Positions 27,205-36,966 of a stretch of 64,000 nucleotides of DNA are shown one piece after another. Below the pieces are notes generated by a model. That model had not been told where the DNA came from, made no database searches, and was given only the letters and a program-made list of their open reading frames with translations. Numbering within the stretch: the first letter of the stretch is position 1; each line of letters starts with the position of its first letter. The position numbers and the translations under genes are program-made. The stretch lies in NCBI GenBank assembly GCA_035479295.1, contig DATIIV010000012.1, positions 1,010-65,009 of the forward strand, given 5' to 3'. The DNA is from Candidatus Saccharimonadia bacterium. GTDB lineage: Bacteria; Patescibacteriota; Saccharimonadia; UBA4664.

Positions 27205-27744
27205 ATGAAGCCGCGCATCATCTTTATTCATGGCAACCAGGCTACCAATTGGCGCTTTGCCTGGACGCCGTGGCTAAAGACCGAGCTGGAGCAGCGCGGC
27301 TACGATACGACCTTCGAGACGATGCCCGACTCGATTATTGCTCGGGCCGAATACTGGCTGCCGTGCATGCAGGATTTCCTCAAGATCGGTGAGCAGGATG
27401 TGATCGTCGGCTGGTCATCTGGTGCGGTGGCGGCTCTGCGCTACGCCGAGACGCACCAGATCCGGGGTTCGGTGCTCGTCTCGCCTTCGTACACCGATTT
27501 GGGCGATGCGCTGGAAAAGCAGAGCGGGTACTTTGATAAGCCCTGGGATTGGGCCGCCATCAAGGCCAACCAGGCGCACATTGGCCTGGTCTATGGCGAC
27601 GACGATCCGTACATTCCGCAGGCTGAGTTTGAGCACATCGCCGCTGAGCTGCAGCCGGATGTTATGAAGGTAGCCGGCGGTCGACACTTTATTGAGCGGC
27701 AACAACTGCCTGAAGTGCTTGATTACATTGAGGCTAAATTTTAG
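27205..27744 (+). CDS. RBBP9/YdeN-family serine hydrolase (paralog of 1303-1896)
   Basis: MKPRIIFIHGNQATNWRFAWTPWL.., GWSSGA, ..DDDPYIP.. and ..GGRHF. Confidence 0.65.
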   Translation: MKPRIIFIHGNQATNWRFAWTPWLKTELEQRGYDTTFETMPDSIIARAEYWLPCMQDFLKIGEQDVIVGWSSGAVAALRYAETHQIRGSVLVSPSYTDLGDALEKQSGYFDKPWDWAAIKANQAHIGLVYGDDDPYIPQAEFEHIAAELQPDVMKVAGGRHFIERQQLPEVLDYIEAKF

Positions 27745-27846
27745 CTCGACTGCCGAGGCATCACCGTAAACGTGCCCTCAACTTCATCTTGGAGGTGGTC
27801 GTGAAAGCGGAAGTCACCGGCCTGATTGAGGGTGATCGTAAGACTC

Positions 27847-28026
27847 TCACCCTGGGCTAGCCTGGTTGAGTTGCAGTGTTACCTGGTGGTGCACCGGTGC
27901 ATTGGGTCGATTGGCGCAGATATTAGGGGCGGTAGCGGCCAGCAGCCGTTGATTAACCACTACCGTGGCGCTAGCAGTTCCTAGCACAAGTACGATAAGT
28001 AGTCCGGTCAGCCAGCGTTGGCGCAT
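27847..28026 (-). CDS. small secreted protein (59 aa), hypothetical
   Basis: MRQRWLTGLLIVLVLGTASA signal. GGAGGTG RBS lies 6 nt upstream. It is divergent from cyoA. Confidence 0.3.
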   Translation of the reverse strand: MRQRWLTGLLIVLVLGTASATVVVNQRLLAATAPNICANRPNAPVHHQVTLQLNQASPG

Positions 28027-28091
28027 TGCCGCACCTCCATAATGGTTTAACAGTAGCATAACGCCAACCAGAAAGCTGGTATGATGGAGCT

Positions 28092-28979
28092 ATGATAAAG
28101 CGACTTGCGCTGCCGATACTATGGCTGCTGGCTCTGGCCGGTGTGCTGGTGGCGCTGGTGCATGGGCATACCATCGCAGTGCTGCAGCCTCGGGGCATTA
28201 TTGGCTTGCAGGAGCGGGACTTGATGGTGATCGCGACGCTGCTCTGCCTCATCGTGGTGGTGCCGGTCTTCGTGCTGACGTTTGTGATTGCTTGGCGCTA
28301 CCGAGCCAGTAATACGCGGGCTCGCTACACGCCCGATTGGGACGGCAATCGCGCCCTGGAGCTAACCTGGTGGGGGATTCCGCTGGCCATCATCTCGGTG
28401 CTGGCCGTCATTACGTGGCAGAGTAGTCATCAGCTCGATCCATACCGGCCGCTGGCCTCGAGCCAGCCGCCGTTGACGGTGCAGGTGGTGGCGCTGGATT
28501 GGAAGTGGTTGTTTATTTACCCGGATCAGCGTATCGCCACGATTAATTATCTGCGCCTGCCGGTGGGTCGGCCGATCAATTTTGAGATTACGGCCGACGC
28601 GCCCATGAACTCGTTCTGGATTCCGCAGCTGGGCGGCCAAATGTACGCCATGGCCGGCATGAGCACCCAGCTGCACTTGATGGCGAGCCAGGCCGGCACC
28701 TACGGCGGCTCATCGGCCAACATTAGCGGCCGGGGTTTTGCCGGCATGCGGTTTACGGCCCAGGCGGTGGCGCCGGCCGACTTCGACGGCTGGGTGGCGA
28801 GCAGTCAGCGCGGTACCAGCCACCTTACCGTCGACGCCTACCGCGATCTGGCCCGCCCCAGCCAAGATCACCCGATCGCCACCTATGCAGCGGTGCAGCC
28901 GGGGCTGTATGATGCCATTATTATGGATTACATGATGCCGATGCCGGGTGGCGACATCGCGCTGGGGGCGGCGCAGTGA
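28092..28979 (+). CDS. cyoA: cytochrome o (bo3) ubiquinol oxidase subunit II
   Basis: Strong similarity by eye to E. coli CyoA (..WKYRASN..DWKWFFIYP..MNSFFIPRLG..YAMAGM..), with no CuA ligands. Confidence 0.9.
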   Translation: MIKRLALPILWLLALAGVLVALVHGHTIAVLQPRGIIGLQERDLMVIATLLCLIVVVPVFVLTFVIAWRYRASNTRARYTPDWDGNRALELTWWGIPLAIISVLAVITWQSSHQLDPYRPLASSQPPLTVQVVALDWKWLFIYPDQRIATINYLRLPVGRPINFEITADAPMNSFWIPQLGGQMYAMAGMSTQLHLMASQAGTYGGSSANISGRGFAGMRFTAQAVAPADFDGWVASSQRGTSHLTVDAYRDLARPSQDHPIATYAAVQPGLYDAIIMDYMMPMPGGDIALGAAQ

Positions 28980-30931
28980 ATCTGCTGGGCAAACTTAATC
29001 TGAGCGCCTTCCCGCACGATCCCATCACGGCCGGTGGGGCGCTGATGGTGGTGGGCGGCGGCCTGGCCATCGTGGCGCTCATCACCTATTTGCGGCGTTG
29101 GCGCTGGTTGTGGCGCGAGTGGCTCACCACGGTGGACCCCAAGAAGATCGGCGTGATGTACATCGTGGTGGCGCTGGTAATGCTGCTGCGCGGTCTGGCC
29201 GATGTGCTGCTTATTCGCACCCAGCAGGCGCTGTCGGTGGGCAGCTCGCACGGGCTGCTCGACGCCTACCATTTTCAGCAGATCTTCTCGGCTCACGGCA
29301 CCATCATGATCTTTTTTGTGGCTATGGGCCTCATGTTTGGCCTCATCAACCTGATGGTGCCGCTGCAGATTGGTGCCCGCGATGTAGCCTTTCCGTTCCT
29401 CAACGCCACCAGCTTTTGGCTATTTGCGGCCGGTATGGCGCTGGTTAATCTATCGCTGGTAGTGGGTGAGTTTTCGGCCGCCGGCTGGCTGGCCTACCCG
29501 CCGCTGTCGGAGTTGCAGTACAGTCCCGGCGTGGGCATCGACTATTGGATTTGGAGCTTGCAGATTGCCGGTGTCGGCAGCTTGCTGTCGGGCATCAACT
29601 TCTTGGTCACTATCCTCAAACTGCGCCGCCCCGGCATGACCATGATGAAGATGCCCATGTTTACCTGGAGCGTCTTTAATGCCATGGTGCTGGTGATCTT
29701 TGCCTTCCCGATTTTAACCGCCACCTTGGCCATGCTGGCGCTCGACCGCACCCTGGGCATGCACTTCTTTACCTCGGGTTTTGGCGGCAATCCCATGATG
29801 TACGTCAACCTGATTTGGGCCTGGGGCCACCCCGAAGTCTACATTTTGATCTTGCCGGCCTTTGGTGTCTTCTCGGAGGTGGTGTCGACGTTCTCGCAAA
29901 AACGGCTCTTTGGCTACACCTCGATGGTCTGGGCACTGGGCGCCATCACGTTCTTGAGCTTCGTGGTCTGGTTGCACCACTTCTTTACCATGGGCGCCGG
30001 GGCCGATGTGAACGCCTTCTTTGGCATTATGACCATGATCATCGCGATACCCACCGGCGTCAAAGTCTTTAACTGGCTCTTTACGATGTACCGCGGCCGC
30101 ATTCGGTTTACTACCCCTATGCTGTGGTTTTTGGGCTTTGTGGTAACCTTTACCGTCGGTGGCGCAGCTGGAGTGCTACTAGCGGTGCCGGCCATCGACT
30201 TCCAAGTCCACAACAGTCTGTTCCTGGTAGCGCACTTCCATACCATGATCGTGGGCGGGGTCGTGTTTGGCTTCTTTGCTGGGCTCACCTATTGGTTTCC
30301 CAAGATCTTTGGTTTTACGCTTAACGAACGACTGGGGCGGTACGCCTTTTGGTGCTGGTTCGCGGGCTTTTTGACGGCTTTTATCCCGCTCTATATTTTG
30401 GGCATGCTTGGCGCCACGCGCCGGCTCGATCACTACGATGCCTCACTGGGCTGGCAAGGTCTGTTTATTGTGGCGGGGGTGGGCGCCGCACTGATCTGCG
30501 TGGGCGTGGGCTTCCAGCTGCTGCAGCTGGGTTACAGCATCTGGAAGCGGCACGACAATCGCGATACCACTGGCGATCCGTGGAACGCCCGCACCCTGGA
30601 GTGGGCGACCACCTCGCCGCCGCCGGTCTACAATTTTGCTACCTTGCCGGCCGCGCCGGAGCGCGACGCCTGGTGGGCGGCCAAGCAGGCCGGCGTCAGC
30701 AAGCAGCCGGCGGTCTACGAGGACATTACGCTGCCCAAGAACACGCCGCTGGCACTGGTGATCGCGGCCTGGGCTTTTGTGTTCGGCTTCGCTTTCATCT
30801 GGCACATTTGGTGGCTGGCGGCGGTGGGCTTGGCCGGGGTGATTATTACTTTGGTGATGCGCTCGTTGGATGAGGAACCGGAGTACACGCTTACGGCTGC
30901 CGAAGTGAAGCGCCGGGAGACGGCTGCATGA
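28976..30931 (+). CDS. cyoB: cytochrome o ubiquinol oxidase subunit I (heme-copper oxidase catalytic subunit)
   Basis: 651 aa with 15 TM and the conserved His ligand pattern (..[11 protein letters not shown].., ..HHFFTMG..). It overlaps cyoA (ATGA-type coupling). Confidence 0.9.
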   Translation: MNLLGKLNLSAFPHDPITAGGALMVVGGGLAIVALITYLRRWRWLWREWLTTVDPKKIGVMYIVVALVMLLRGLADVLLIRTQQALSVGSSHGLLDAYHFQQIFSAHGTIMIFFVAMGLMFGLINLMVPLQIGARDVAFPFLNATSFWLFAAGMALVNLSLVVGEFSAAGWLAYPPLSELQYSPGVGIDYWIWSLQIAGVGSLLSGINFLVTILKLRRPGMTMMKMPMFTWSVFNAMVLVIFAFPILTATLAMLALDRTLGMHFFTSGFGGNPMMYVNLIWAWGHPEVYILILPAFGVFSEVVSTFSQKRLFGYTSMVWALGAITFLSFVVWLHHFFTMGAGADVNAFFGIMTMIIAIPTGVKVFNWLFTMYRGRIRFTTPMLWFLGFVVTFTVGGAAGVLLAVPAIDFQVHNSLFLVAHFHTMIVGGVVFGFFAGLTYWFPKIFGFTLNERLGRYAFWCWFAGFLTAFIPLYILGMLGATRRLDHYDASLGWQGLFIVAGVGAALICVGVGFQLLQLGYSIWKRHDNRDTTGDPWNARTLEWATTSPPPVYNFATLPAAPERDAWWAAKQAGVSKQPAVYEDITLPKNTPLALVIAAWAFVFGFAFIWHIWWLAAVGLAGVIITLVMRSLDEEPEYTLTAAEVKRRETAA

Positions 30932-31506
30932 GTCAGGCCCTGGAGACCACCACCAAGTCGCAGCTCGGCTTCTGGGTCTACTTAATGACCGACTGCATCT
31001 TGTTTGGCAGCTTATTTGCTACCTACGCCGTGCTGCATGGCAACACCTTTGGTGGTCCGGGTGCGGCCGAGCTGTTTAGCCTGTCGTTTGTGTTGGCCGA
31101 GACGCTCATTCTGCTTACGAGCAGTTTTACGGCTGGCCTGGCCACGCTGGCGGCCCGCCGCGGCGACAAAATGCAGGTGCTGCTGTGGTTTGGCCTTACT
31201 TTTGTATTGGGCGCGGCCTTCTTGGGTCTGGAATTATCGGAGTTTAGCAAACTGGCGCACGAGGGCAATGGCTGGCAGCGCAGCGGCTTTTTGTCGGCTT
31301 TCTTTACGCTAGTGGGTACGCACGGACTTCACATTGCTACCGGCCTGCTGTGGATGGGCGCGCTGCTAACGCGGGTGATGCGCGGCGGCCTAACGCCGAC
31401 GGCCGTTAAGCGCCTAACCTTGCTAAGCCTCTTCTGGCACTTTCTCGACGTTATCTGGATCTTCATTTTTACCATTGTTTACCTAATGGGGGCGTTACAG
31501 GTATGA
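30928..31506 (+). CDS. cyoC: cytochrome o ubiquinol oxidase subunit III
   Basis: ..[15 protein letters not shown].. at the C-terminus, 5 TM. Confidence 0.85.
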   Translation: MSQALETTTKSQLGFWVYLMTDCILFGSLFATYAVLHGNTFGGPGAAELFSLSFVLAETLILLTSSFTAGLATLAARRGDKMQVLLWFGLTFVLGAAFLGLELSEFSKLAHEGNGWQRSGFLSAFFTLVGTHGLHIATGLLWMGALLTRVMRGGLTPTAVKRLTLLSLFWHFLDVIWIFIFTIVYLMGALQV

Positions 31507-31859
31507 GGCAGCTGGGTACGCGCACTAAGTATGTCATGGGCTTTTTGCTGTCGGTGTTGCTAACGCTCGGCGCCTACCTGGTAGTGGTGACGCCGGCGGC
31601 CGGGTTGACGCGCAGCTGGATCGTAGCGGTGATTCTGCTGCTGGCCACCGTACAGTTGGCCGTGCAGCTCTACTTCTTTTTGCACTTGGGCCAGGAGGCC
31701 AAGCCACGCTGGAATCTCTTAACGTTTGGCTTTATGGCGTTGGTGCTAGGCATTTTGGTGCTGGGATCGCTGTGGATTATGGCTAATTTGAACTACCACA
31801 TGCAGTCGCCGTCGCAGCTCGATCACTCCATCATCAAGGATGAGGGAGTTCAGCCATAA
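31503..31859 (+). CDS. cyoD: cytochrome o ubiquinol oxidase subunit IV
   Basis: 118 aa, 3 TM, overlapping cyoC. Confidence 0.75.
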   Translation: MRQLGTRTKYVMGFLLSVLLTLGAYLVVVTPAAGLTRSWIVAVILLLATVQLAVQLYFFLHLGQEAKPRWNLLTFGFMALVLGILVLGSLWIMANLNYHMQSPSQLDHSIIKDEGVQP

Positions 31860-31861
31860 CC

Positions 31862-32722
31862 CTGCAGACCGTTCGAACGTACTACCAGCTCACCAAGCCG
31901 GGCATCATTTACGGCAACGCCATGACGGCGGCGGCCGGTTTTTTGCTGGGCGCGCGCGGGCAGGTGGATCTGGAGTTGTTGGTGGCCATGCTGGTGGGGC
32001 TGTCGCTGGTGATTGGCTCGGCCTGCGTCGTTAATAATTATTTGGACCGGGGTATCGATGCCGTCATGGCCCGGACCAAACGCCGGGCACTGGTGAGCGG
32101 GGCGGTGTCGGGGCGGGCGGCACTGGTGTATGCGGCGGTGCTGGGTCTGGTTGGGTTGGGGTTGCTGGTGGCCTACACCAATGAGCTGACAGTGGCAATC
32201 AGCCTCGTTGGCTTCGTCGACTATGTGGTGCTGTACGGCTGGGCCAAACGTCACACGGTGCACAGCACGCTGGTCGGGAGCATCTCGGGGGCGGCGCCGA
32301 TCGTGGCCGGTTACGGTGCCGCCACGGGCCGTTTTGACCTAGGCGCCGCGCTCCTGTTCGTCATCTTGGTGGCTTGGCAGATGCCGCACTTTTACGCCAT
32401 TGCGCTCTATCGCGGCACCGATTATGCCGCCGCCCAGCTGCCAGTGCTGCCACTGGTGCGCGGCGTGCGGGCCACTAAGGTGCAGATATTGGCTTACATC
32501 GTGGCTTTTGTGGCGGCCACCTTGGCGCTGGCGGCCTATGGTTATGCCGGCTGGATTTACGCGGCCGTAATGGTACCCACCGGTCTCGTCTGGTTGCGAT
32601 TGGCCTGGCAGGGCCTGGGCGCCATCAACGACGAGCGGTGGGCGCGCGGCCTCTTCCGGTTCTCGCTGATCATTTTATTGGTCTTTAGTCTTATGATCTC
32701 GCTTAATAGTCTGCTGTGGTAG
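31862..32722 (+). CDS. cyoE: heme O synthase (protoheme IX farnesyltransferase), non-canonical start
   Basis: The conserved N-terminal segment YYQLTKPGIIYGN is encoded upstream of the first ATG (31922). Between the in-frame stop at 31841 and that ATG there is no ATG, GTG or TTG. Only ATA 31856 and CTG 31862 are available. Confidence 0.7.
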   Translation: MQTVRTYYQLTKPGIIYGNAMTAAAGFLLGARGQVDLELLVAMLVGLSLVIGSACVVNNYLDRGIDAVMARTKRRALVSGAVSGRAALVYAAVLGLVGLGLLVAYTNELTVAISLVGFVDYVVLYGWAKRHTVHSTLVGSISGAAPIVAGYGAATGRFDLGAALLFVILVAWQMPHFYAIALYRGTDYAAAQLPVLPLVRGVRATKVQILAYIVAFVAATLALAAYGYAGWIYAAVMVPTGLVWLRLAWQGLGAINDERWARGLFRFSLIILLVFSLMISLNSLLW

Positions 32723-32748
32723 TCTGGCCGAAAAGCTTAGGCTAAGGG

Positions 32749-32754
32749 TATAAT
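32749..32754 (+). promoter_or_regulatory. -10 box TATAAT 6 nt upstream of ATG 32761 (leaderless)
   Basis: Sequence is gggTATAATgggcttATGaaa. Confidence 0.4.
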
Positions 32755-32760
32755 GGGCTT

Positions 32761-33195
32761 ATGAAAGCGGCCCCCAAGTCTCAATCAACTCAGCGACCAA
32801 CCAAAGCACAGAGGGTCCAGGCAGGGGCGGCGGCCGTGGCAGTGGGGGCCATCACGCTGGCGATCGCAATGCTCATCAATCAACCTCATGCCGACCTGGT
32901 GCTGGGGCTAACGGCCGGCCTGGTTCTGATCGGCTTGATTATGTTGCTAGCGGGCGGGATTACGTTTAGGCGCCAGCCTTATTCAAAGCTGCTGGGATTT
33001 GCTATTATTCTAGCCTTCGTTGCGGCGGCGGCGCTAACGGCGGTCTTGTCGATGAGTGGCGCGTCGGCCTGTCCGGGTACGCAGGACTGCGACACGAGTT
33101 TTGGTCTGGGTTTGCCGTTTATTGCGGTTGTGCTGTTCCCGATCTGTCTGCTGGTATTAACGCTAGCGCGATGGCTAGGCCGGCTGGCGACGTAG
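32761..33195 (+). CDS. hypothetical membrane protein (144 aa)
   Basis: 4 TM with no motif. Confidence 0.45.
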   Translation: MKAAPKSQSTQRPTKAQRVQAGAAAVAVGAITLAIAMLINQPHADLVLGLTAGLVLIGLIMLLAGGITFRRQPYSKLLGFAIILAFVAAAALTAVLSMSGASACPGTQDCDTSFGLGLPFIAVVLFPICLLVLTLARWLGRLAT

Positions 33196-33331
33196 CGCGT
33201 AAGAGGTGGCGGTGATGCCCCCGAGATCGGTAATTTGACTCCTCCTAGCGTCACTGTCATCAGAGCAGATGGCTACCAAGCAGCTGGCGCACCGTTCGCC
33301 GCCTCTTTCTGATAAAATAGCCATAAGCTAA

Positions 33332-34009
33332 ATGAGGCGGCCAATTATGTCAGGTCGATTATGGCACGCACGCTATCCGCAGGGTATTCCAGCCCGCGTG
33401 CGAGTAGTGGCGGCTTTTGTGAGTGGGGCGGTGGCCGGGTTTATCGCGCTGGGGCTGGTGGGCTGGAAGTTCGTGCCGCTGGCCGCTTGGGATGTGGCGG
33501 CGCTGGTGTACATGACCTGGACCTGGCGCGAGATCTGGCCCATGACCGCCACCGCTACCGCGCGTCACGCCAACCGCGAAGACCCCTCGCGCGTCGGCGC
33601 CGATGTGCTGCTGATTGTAGCCAGCCTGGCCAGCTTGATCGCGGTGGCCATGGTGCTGGTGGGGGCTGGTAGCGCCAGCGGCTGGGGGCGCCTGCTGCCG
33701 GTGGCGTTGGGTGTCGTCAGCGTGGTGCTGTCGTGGGGTTTAGTGCATACCGTGTTTGCCCTACGCTATGCCAAAATCTATTACCAAAAGCCCGAGGGCG
33801 GCATCGACTTTAACGGCGCTGAGCCGCCGGCCTACAGCGATTTCGCCTACCTGGCCGTCACCATCGGCATGACGTTTCAGGTTTCTGATACGGCCTTTCG
33901 AGCCGCCACTCTGCGTCGAGTTGCCCTGCGGCATGCGCTACTGGCCTACCTCTTTGGAACGGTAATCGTGGCCACCACCATCAACCTGGTGGCTGGCCTG
34001 AGCAAGTAG
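33332..34009 (+). CDS. DUF1345-like membrane protein
   Basis: ..WDVAALVYMTWTW.. and 4 TM give a pattern reminiscent of DUF1345. Confidence 0.4.
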   Translation: MRRPIMSGRLWHARYPQGIPARVRVVAAFVSGAVAGFIALGLVGWKFVPLAAWDVAALVYMTWTWREIWPMTATATARHANREDPSRVGADVLLIVASLASLIAVAMVLVGAGSASGWGRLLPVALGVVSVVLSWGLVHTVFALRYAKIYYQKPEGGIDFNGAEPPAYSDFAYLAVTIGMTFQVSDTAFRAATLRRVALRHALLAYLFGTVIVATTINLVAGLSK

Positions 34010-34013
34010 CTCG

Positions 34014-34325
34014 ATGGTGTCGAATCAGGCCTCGTCCTCGCTGCCTGAGCTGCCGGCCGGTGTCTATCGCCATTATAAAGGCCAGTATTATCTCGTTTTA
34101 GGCTACGGCCACGACAGCAATTACGCTGATCGTACCGTGGTGGTGTATGTGGGTCTGCAGTTAGAGGGCGCCTTGCCCAATGCGCCCCGGCTCAATGTGC
34201 GCACGGTTGCCGACTTCTTTGGCCTGGTCGGCTCGGGCCAGCCGCGCTTTAGCTACGTGGGGCCGGTTTGGTCGGGGGAGCCGGATCAAGGCCACGACGC
34301 TGGCGCTGCACCGCATACTCCTTAA
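34014..34325 (+). CDS. DUF1653-like small protein
   Basis: The YRHYKGQYYLVLG..VVVYVGL motif is characteristic of DUF1653. Confidence 0.45.
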   Translation: MVSNQASSSLPELPAGVYRHYKGQYYLVLGYGHDSNYADRTVVVYVGLQLEGALPNAPRLNVRTVADFFGLVGSGQPRFSYVGPVWSGEPDQGHDAGAAPHTP

Positions 34326-34767
34326 CCGTTAAGTAAACGATGATGAAGTCGAAGACCGTCAGGGCCACCAGCCAGAACGAGTAACCTAGGCTCAGCCGGT
34401 AGAGCTGGTAAACAATAAAGCCCGACGTCACGATAATCAGCCCCGGATAAGCCCACAGACGGTTATAAAATATCTCGATGACGAGCACTACCTTAACGAT
34501 GCCGTGCGATAGCAAATAAGCTGCCGCAAAGAGCATGACGCCGCGGGTGAGGCCCTGGCTCGTATGCAAGATATGGCTAGCAATAAAGTCGTGCGGGTTA
34601 TCGGACAGCTCATCTTGGGTCAGAAAGAGGGCAAATTGCTGAATAGTCTCGGGCCGAATCAGCAGGCATAGTATGCCGCCGATAATCTCGATGAGGCCAT
34701 TGGCGGCTTTTAAGAGAATGCCGACCTCAAATATCTTATCGAGCCGAGTTTTTGCGACGAATGCCAT
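34249..34767 (-). CDS. DUF2127-like membrane protein
   Basis: 4 TM. Its 3' end overlaps the 3' end of the DUF1653 gene by 77 nt (convergent). Confidence 0.4.
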   Translation of the reverse strand: MAFVAKTRLDKIFEVGILLKAANGLIEIIGGILCLLIRPETIQQFALFLTQDELSDNPHDFIASHILHTSQGLTRGVMLFAAAYLLSHGIVKVVLVIEIFYNRLWAYPGLIIVTSGFIVYQLYRLSLGYSFWLVALTVFDFIIVYLTVKEYAVQRQRRGLDPAPPTKPAPRS

Positions 34768-34840
34768 GATGCCATTGTAGCAGGGTGACCCCTCGCCCGG
34801 GGAGATGGCCGGACGAGGGGTCGGCAGGTGATCGATGCGG

Positions 34841-35395
34841 CTACCTCCAGCTGTGGCCGACGTCGATCACGAGGCGGTTGGGACTACTGAGCGTGAAGAC
34901 GCGTAGTGGCAGTCGAGCCCGCGCGCCGACGGCGCTGGTGATGTGGCCCTCGAAGGCGCCGCCCCAGGTGGCCGACCAGATGCCGAGCCGGTTGGCGGTG
35001 GGGACCATCGGGCCGAGAACCGAGTAGGTCAGGCTCGGCGAGGCCTGCTCTTGCAGGTGGACGGCGATGAGCCCGCCGGTGCCGTGCGGCGTGTGGCTCG
35101 ACATGGGCAGGTCTTGGCCCTCGGTGTAGACCTCGCTGGCGTAGCCCACGTGGTAGGTGGCGGGCAAGGCGCCGGGCGCGAAGTCGAGGACGAACCGGTC
35201 GAAGCAGCCATCGTCGCCAATGCGCGCGCCGGTCAGCTCGGCGCTGGTGGCGCCACTGCCGGTCTTGTCGCCGCTGCCCCAGCCGGCGATAACGCTGGCG
35301 CAGGCCGAGCTGGCGTTGGCCGGTGCCGCGCCCAGTAGCAAGGCTGCCAGCGCGCCGATGATCGCCATTATGGCGGTCGGTCTGAATCGTCTCAT
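34841..35395 (-). CDS. secreted hypothetical protein (184 aa)
   Basis: MRRFRPTAIMAIIGALAALLLGAAPANA signal. GGAGGGG RBS lies 5 nt upstream. Confidence 0.5.
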   Translation of the reverse strand: MRRFRPTAIMAIIGALAALLLGAAPANASSACASVIAGWGSGDKTGSGATSAELTGARIGDDGCFDRFVLDFAPGALPATYHVGYASEVYTEGQDLPMSSHTPHGTGGLIAVHLQEQASPSLTYSVLGPMVPTANRLGIWSATWGGAFEGHITSAVGARARLPLRVFTLSSPNRLVIDVGHSWR

Positions 35396-35549
35396 GGGCC
35401 CCTCCGGGCTGATTGATGGAACAGACTTCTTTACTATGGACGCAACTTTGCGCCATTGCAAAGGCTAAATCGCCAAATATTAAGGTCTTAATATCTCGTC
35501 ACCTCGTTAGAAAAGGGTGTATAACTAAGATAAGAAAGCGGGAATAGCT

Positions 35550-36122
35550 ATGGCCAAGACCTCGAGTGCTGCTTCGCTCCGACTGACGCTACGAGCCTGG
35601 CTGCCCTTGGTGGTAGTCGTGGTGGGGCTGGTGGCGTTTGGTTATGTGGCAGTGCAGCAAAACTACCGCCAGAGCGCCAACGATCCGCAGCTGCAGCTGG
35701 CCAGCGACGCCGCCACGCTGATCAAGAACGGGGCCGAGCCGGCTGCGGTGGTGCCGGCCGCCCGGGTAGACCTGGCCAGCTCGCTGGCGCCGTTTATGCT
35801 GATTGGCGATGGGTCGGGCCGGCTGGTGGCGGGCAATGGTTGGCTGGCTGGCTCGACGCCGCTGCCGCCCGCCGGCGTCTTTGCCGACACGCTGCGCTCG
35901 GGCAGCCGCAGCTTTACTTGGCAGACGGCCGCTGGAGCTCGCTTTGCGGCGGTAGCTGAGCCGGCCGGCGACGATGTAGTGGTGGTGGCGCGGTCGCTGG
36001 CGCCCACCGAGCAGCGTATTGGGCGACTCACCGTTATGGCGGCTCTGGCGCTGATCGGTTTGTTGGTCGCCACCCTCGGGGCCGTAATGCTGGCGCGGGG
36101 AGTGGCGCCGGTCGGGCGGTAG
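35550..36122 (+). CDS. hypothetical membrane-anchored protein (TM at both ends)
   Basis: It is co-directional and immediately upstream of the ABC pair. Confidence 0.4.
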   Translation: MAKTSSAASLRLTLRAWLPLVVVVVGLVAFGYVAVQQNYRQSANDPQLQLASDAATLIKNGAEPAAVVPAARVDLASSLAPFMLIGDGSGRLVAGNGWLAGSTPLPPAGVFADTLRSGSRSFTWQTAAGARFAAVAEPAGDDVVVVARSLAPTEQRIGRLTVMAALALIGLLVATLGAVMLARGVAPVGR

Positions 36123-36180
36123 GGGCTTGATGAGCGCCACTATTGGACGAAGGTAAACGCGGTGGAGTACCATAAGGCTA

Positions 36181-36966
36181 ATGCTTAGCAAGAGTCCGTC
36201 ATCATCTAGTCAAGCGGCTCTGGCCGTAGAGTTGCAGTCGGTGGTAAAAACCTATGGCAAGTTTAAGGCCCTCGATGGGCTGAGCTTGCAGATTCGGTCG
36301 GGGGAGTTGTATGGCTTAATTGGCCCAAACGGCGCCGGCAAGACTACGGCGATTCGGCTGATTACCGGGCTGCAACAGGCCACTAGCGGCCAGGTGCGGG
36401 TGCTGGGCCACGATCCACAGGCAGCGGTGGTGCGGCCACTGGTAGGTTATATGCCGCAGGAGACGGCGCTCTACCCCGACCTCACGCCGCGTGAGAATTT
36501 GGCTTTGTTTGGGCAATTATATGGCTTGGGCCGGCCCGAGCTGGCCGCCCGCATCACCGAGCTGTTAGCGCTGGTGGAGCTGTCGCGCTGGGCCGATACG
36601 GTGGTAACCAACTTGTCCGGCGGCATGAAGCATCGGGCCTCGCTGGCCGCGGCCTTGCTGCCGCGCCCGCGTTTGCTGGTGCTCGATGAGCCGACGGTAG
36701 GGGTTGACCCGGAGCTGCGGGCGGCGTTCTGGGCCCACTTTGACGAGATGCGCCGGGCTGGCACTACCATTCTGCTCACCACGCACTATATGGACGAGGC
36801 CCTGCGCTGCGAGCGGGTGGGATTGGCTAGCCAGGGCCGGCTCATCGCCGAGGCGCCGCCGGCCGAGCTCATGCAGCAGACCCACACCAAGAGCCTAGAG
36901 GCGGCCTTTTTGGCCTTGGCGGGCCGGGCCAAGGCGGCAGCGGCTCAGCCCGAGGTGGCCGTATGA
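36181..36966 (+). CDS. ABC transporter ATP-binding protein (DrrA-like)
   Basis: GPNGAGKTT, LSGGMKHRASLA and LLVLDEPTVGVD. Confidence 0.8.
   Translation: MLSKSPSSSSQAALAVELQSVVKTYGKFKALDGLSLQIRSGELYGLIGPNGAGKTTAIRLITGLQQATSGQVRVLGHDPQAAVVRPLVGYMPQETALYPDLTPRENLALFGQLYGLGRPELAARITELLALVELSRWADTVVTNLSGGMKHRASLAAALLPRPRLLVLDEPTVGVDPELRAAFWAHFDEMRRAGTTILLTTHYMDEALRCERVGLASQGRLIAEAPPAELMQQTHTKSLEAAFLALAGRAKAAAAQPEVAV

Noticed and set aside
34884-35456. 190-aa - ORF and 131-aa + ORF overlapping the secreted-protein gene
   Set aside because: They are alternative frames with poly-Arg/Gly translation. The chosen frame has a signal peptide and an RBS.
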